A DNA stretch of 25,000 nt from Takakia lepidozioides (taxonomy: Eukaryota; Plantae; Bryophyta): contig JAKLZA010000075.1 of the NCBI GenBank assembly GCA_030704615.1, positions 1-25,000 on the forward strand, given 5' to 3'. Positions 21,380 to 25,000 of the stretch are shown piece after piece. The notes under the pieces are model-generated. The model saw nothing but the letters and a program-made list of their open reading frames with translations, was not told the origin of the DNA and made no database searches. A program made the position numbers and the translations under genes. Each line of letters opens with the position of its first letter. The first letter of the stretch is position 1.

Positions 21380-22926
21380 GGCCGATCAGCCTTCCATCTC
21401 GCTTACAAAGTCTCCACTATTTTAGCTCCCATCTCGCCCAGAAAAACTGCAAACAATGTCTGTGAACATGACTCGGAGTTTGTGGGTGAAGCATTCCAAA
21501 ACTTCAGTGGTTAGTTATAGAACTAATTCAGTTAAGATTCCGTCATGAATCATTCCCATCCATTCCACTGTTTCAGATGAAGATCACTGGGTGGGTGACA
21601 GGAGCATTGCTTGCCATTGGGAAGAAACCAACGCACAGGAGTTGGCCAATTGCAACAGAAACGTGTCAGGGGTGCTGGAATTCCAAGTGATGTGAAATGA
21701 TCGACATTCTTGACAAGTGGAACGCAGTCTGGATACGTGTATGGACGGACACTGGGTAAGCCCTTGGTGCTGACTACTCGGAAGAGAACCCTCTTCCATT
21801 GTGGATTGGCAATGGATCTCACAGCAAAAGGATTCAGCAAATATCAACTCATTGGCAGTGGGTAGGAGTTCCTGGGTGACAATGCCTTCCTTCAAGGTTG
21901 CAGTTCGGTAACATCTTTGATACAAGACAAATAGCACACTGATCAGAAGGGTGTAGAGACAAGGCCTTTCATACGTTCCTGCTGAGTACCGCTGTATGTA
22001 CTTCATCTTCATAATAAAGATGCAGCAGAAACGGCTGTGACAAAACAGACACAAGAATAAGAGATCCGCCCATCGTCAGAGAAAGGGGCTTGCGACCAGG
22101 TCAGGTGATCAGAGACTATGGATCACTGACAATTGATCCTGCGGATATGACAGAACAGAACACATTCCTTGGACCTTTGAGGGCAATTGAGAAAAAACCA
22201 CAAACAAGAATCGCACAGTGCTCAGGAGCTTTTAAAGTACAGATGAGGCTGCAATAGCTCTCAAATCGTTACAATACAGGGAACAACAGAATTTCACATT
22301 CCCAGACCCACCACACAAAGAGACCAATTTCATAAGACCTCGAACCCCTAAGACTTCCTTCCCCTATCAGTTTTCTTTACCCGAGTTTGCTTTGATTGAA
22401 TCCTCGACAGAGTGCAACCAGCAAAAAGCAGAACTTGTAGAATTTTTTCACACCCCTGAGCGAATCGTCACAACAATGTGATATAGCGCAGGTCAAAATG
22501 TTTTGGAATAGACCAAAGAATGAATCCCATCCCAGTGCCCTTGACAACGTCTATGTTCTTCAATACATCACAACGCCGAACCAGTTGAATGCGTCCTTCA
22601 CTTCGCTGAGGCGATCCCACCTGAGTAAATTATAATTCTGACACAATGGGGCAGCCGAAGGTATTGACGCCCAGCTCACCAAAGGTTGCATCAATCCCGT
22701 CTGCGAGGAGTGGTCCGTCGTGTTTGAAACTCTGTATGATTCTAAACTGGGCTGAATTGGGCCCAGACAGCAACCAAAAAAGCGTGTTTCCTCTTTATCC
22801 CAGACGAAGCCATGGGCACATGCAGCCAAGGATTCAATTGGGGTGTATTCAGCTAACCAGAAAGCTCCCAAGCGGAGCACCTGCAATTTTGTAGAGTCGC
22901 TGAGTAGAGCAGCCGCAAGCATCACC

Positions 22927-24132
22927 TCACACTAGGTAGTCGTTCTCCAGGGTGGGTCGCGTCCTCGTGCCTGCTGCTGCTGGGGCTCTGCTGTGTCCAA
23001 TCAACGCGGTTTGCAAGGTCTCTCCATTGTCAGCATGGTACTGCATCTTCGCAAAGCGTTTCCTCTCTCTGTACCGCACAGCGAAAAGAGCTAAGATCGA
23101 TGAGATTGCTACGAGTCCGACCACACCTAGCACAGTTCCGAGGGCAACCTTCCATGCATTCGAGTGGTGCTTTGAGGTCTTCCTGGCAGGTGCGCCCCCA
23201 ACTGACGGGCTGCTAGGTTCTCCAGAAGGGGAGAACCCCGGGGCAACAAGCGGGCTTGGCGAAGGCGCTGGCGCCTGGCCCAAGAGAGCGAAGTCTCCAA
23301 GATGTCTGGCGGAGCATATGTTGGGAGACAGGCTCACGTTGCTTGTGGTGGCGGTCCCATCATCGTTGAAAGATACACACAGAGAAGGGGGATTCAACGC
23401 AAGTTGTGAATTTTGGGGAATTGTCACCGATATTGGTTGCTCTGTTGCATTCACACTGAGACGAGGCAGGGGCGTGGCAGACGACAGGTTTGAAGCACTG
23501 TAGACCATGATCCCAAGAACTGGACTAACCAGAGCCTGGCCCGATAGAGGAGAAGAATAAACAACCATGTTGCCGAAGTCTCTGTAGACCAGAACCACAC
23601 TGCGGAGGCTGACACCTTCCAGCACCAGTCCAGGGGGTATAGTGAAGTTTCCCAGCGTAACCCCACGTCTTCTAAGGCTGCCGGTGCGAAGCCTAACTGC
23701 TAGCACTGTTACATTTGCGAGGTCTACTGGCAATGTAGCTTGGTAGACTTTGCCAGTTTTGGGATGGGCAAGGGCCTGGAATGCTGCTAGCTGTATTCTT
23801 TGATCGAGATAGCTTACATTTGTTCCTGCTTCTGCAAGTTCGCGATCCAACCTTACAACTCCATGTGAAGCTTCCAAGCTTCCGAACAAAGTAGAGAGAA
23901 CCCACATGAATACACACGACCACAGAACATTTCGTTGCAATCCGATACTCAAGCGTCGTTTTCCTTGGCATATTGCCTCTGTTTGAGCCTTCTTTTCATT
24001 CCCTCCGAGAGACTCCCCTTGATGTTGGCGAGAACCATCGACCCCACCGAGACCCCGGCCACACATTTTACGCAAATCTTCGACAGGACCGTGGGGCCAA
24101 GAAGAATCCGATTGCGACTGTGAGAAATGCAT
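22927..24132 (-). CDS. DUF1191-family plant membrane protein, intronless, up to 401 aa
   Basis: Family-typical segments LDQRIQLAAFQALAHPKTG, AVRLRTGSLRRRGV, LVYRDFGN, SPVLGIMVYSA and CSARHLGDFAL. TM helix WKVALGTVLGVVGLVAISSILALFAV. C-terminus GETLQTALIGHSRAPAAAGTRTRPTLENDY. The true start may be a later Met. Confidence 0.9.
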   Translation of the reverse strand: MHFSQSQSDSSWPHGPVEDLRKMCGRGLGGVDGSRQHQGESLGGNEKKAQTEAICQGKRRLSIGLQRNVLWSCVFMWVLSTLFGSLEASHGVVRLDRELAEAGTNVSYLDQRIQLAAFQALAHPKTGKVYQATLPVDLANVTVLAVRLRTGSLRRRGVTLGNFTIPPGLVLEGVSLRSVVLVYRDFGNMVVYSSPLSGQALVSPVLGIMVYSASNLSSATPLPRLSVNATEQPISVTIPQNSQLALNPPSLCVSFNDDGTATTSNVSLSPNICSARHLGDFALLGQAPAPSPSPLVAPGFSPSGEPSSPSVGGAPARKTSKHHSNAWKVALGTVLGVVGLVAISSILALFAVRYRERKRFAKMQYHADNGETLQTALIGHSRAPAAAGTRTRPTLENDYLV

Positions 24133-24539
24133 TGCAAATGGTAGCCAGCCACTGTGCCCGGCAGCGACCTGTTGCTGCTAGAGAGCACCCTCAATATCCC
24201 CACACCCCCCTATTCGACATATTTCTTTGCAGCTTGACTTCTTGACTCATAATCTGTGGCTTGCTTTCTAGCCCTAGTCTGGCTCTGCTAGAAGCACCTC
24301 GTTGGTCGAAAAGTCGGATTCTCAAGACAGCCATAGCCACCCTTGCTCTGTAAGCCACCTTCACCTCCCTGTCCAGCTACAAACACCACCATAACTCTCT
24401 ACTCCCTGTCATCCTCCGCTGCCTCAACTTCACCTCCAGCCATGCCCCACCAATCCAGCTCGCCACAATCGAAACCTCGAAACCTCCCAACAGCACAAAG
24501 GCGCAGATACAATCAATTCAAGTCAGAGTGAAGTGAACC

Positions 24540-24765
24540 TCCTCCCCATCTCACTCTATTCCTCACTCCACACCCTCCCGCCAAATGCAAGATTGACTTC
24601 TTGCCCCTCTCTTGTCTCAACACACTAGAATCCCACTACAATCAATCTCCCCTCTCTCTCTTCTCTCTCCCAGTCTTTCTTTCTTTGCTGGCTTCTTTCT
24701 TGCACTCACTCCGCACTCTTCTTCTCTGTGTCTTCGTTCCCCCCAACAGTCTTCCCCTCTCGCCG
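24540..24765. repeat. CT-rich low-complexity tract (GA-rich on the minus strand) upstream of the DUF1191 gene
   Basis: Dense CT/C runs such as tctcccctctctctcttctctctccc. It probably belongs to the promoter or 5' UTR. Confidence 0.5.
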
Positions 24766-25000
24766 AGTGTTCCCGCATCTGCTGCTCCATCACACACCCA
24801 TCCAACGGCCCAAAAAGAGGGTACAAATAATAACTATTCTACCCCGAGAAAAACAAATAACCATTTATGTCACTTCCATTCTTACCAAGAGGGAAATGCC
24901 CAGACTCTTAAATCCAGGAAAGTCCCGGGTCAGAATTTTACCCTCTAACATATAATAAAATTGCCAGGCGCGGCGAGGGCCCTAACTTAATCCAGAGTTG

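Noticed and set aside
21550-22054. Overlapping minus-strand ORFs of 96 and 156 aa
   Set aside because: No motifs. An in-frame stop just upstream of the 21379 ATG argues against them extending that gene.
22560-22925. 121-codon ORF starting right after the DUF1191 stop
   Set aside because: Different frame and no recognisable domain; probably 3' UTR.
22952-23503. 183-aa plus-strand ORF
   Set aside because: Antisense shadow of the DUF1191 CDS.
24940-25000. TCTAACATATAATAAAA resembling a Helitron 5' end
   Set aside because: No A|TC insertion context, and the window ends before any 3' hairpin/CTRR could be seen.
1-25000. CRISPR arrays, tRNA/rRNA genes, prokaryotic operons
   Set aside because: None seen. 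The sequence is spliceosomal-intron-containing plant nuclear DNA.

Overview
Eukaryotic nuclear DNA from a land plant. Gene content suggests a seed-free, flagellated-sperm lineage such as a bryophyte, but this is an inference. Left to right: (1) the degenerate 3' end of a Ty3/gypsy LTR retrotransposon (integrase, PPT, probable 3' LTR; 1-~2200); (2) a complete 16-exon mitochondrial SUV3 RNA helicase gene on the minus strand (9495->2700, ~637 aa), with a truncated RTE/RTE-X-like LINE in intron 12; (3) a divergently transcribed, intronless NADH-cytochrome b5 reductase (10295-11140); (4) a 15-exon minus-strand gene that I reconstructed by hand and that the ORF track shows only as fragments (21379->12000, ~974 aa). 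It encodes ~8 L-x-[TV]-x-D-I-x-G-x-x-P repeats, an EF-hand pair, a tandem RPxS array and a C-terminal EDIAAVRHL motif, and is a candidate sperm-flagellum/basal-body protein; (5) an intronless DUF1191 membrane-protein gene (24132->22927). Other notable signals: G-rich rather than pyrimidine-rich 3' splice sites, G-quadruplex motifs at a SUV3 acceptor and upstream of the reductase, and a Trp at a normally conserved SUV3 Arg. All exon models come from manual translation and splice-phase matching, without alignment tools or RNA data.
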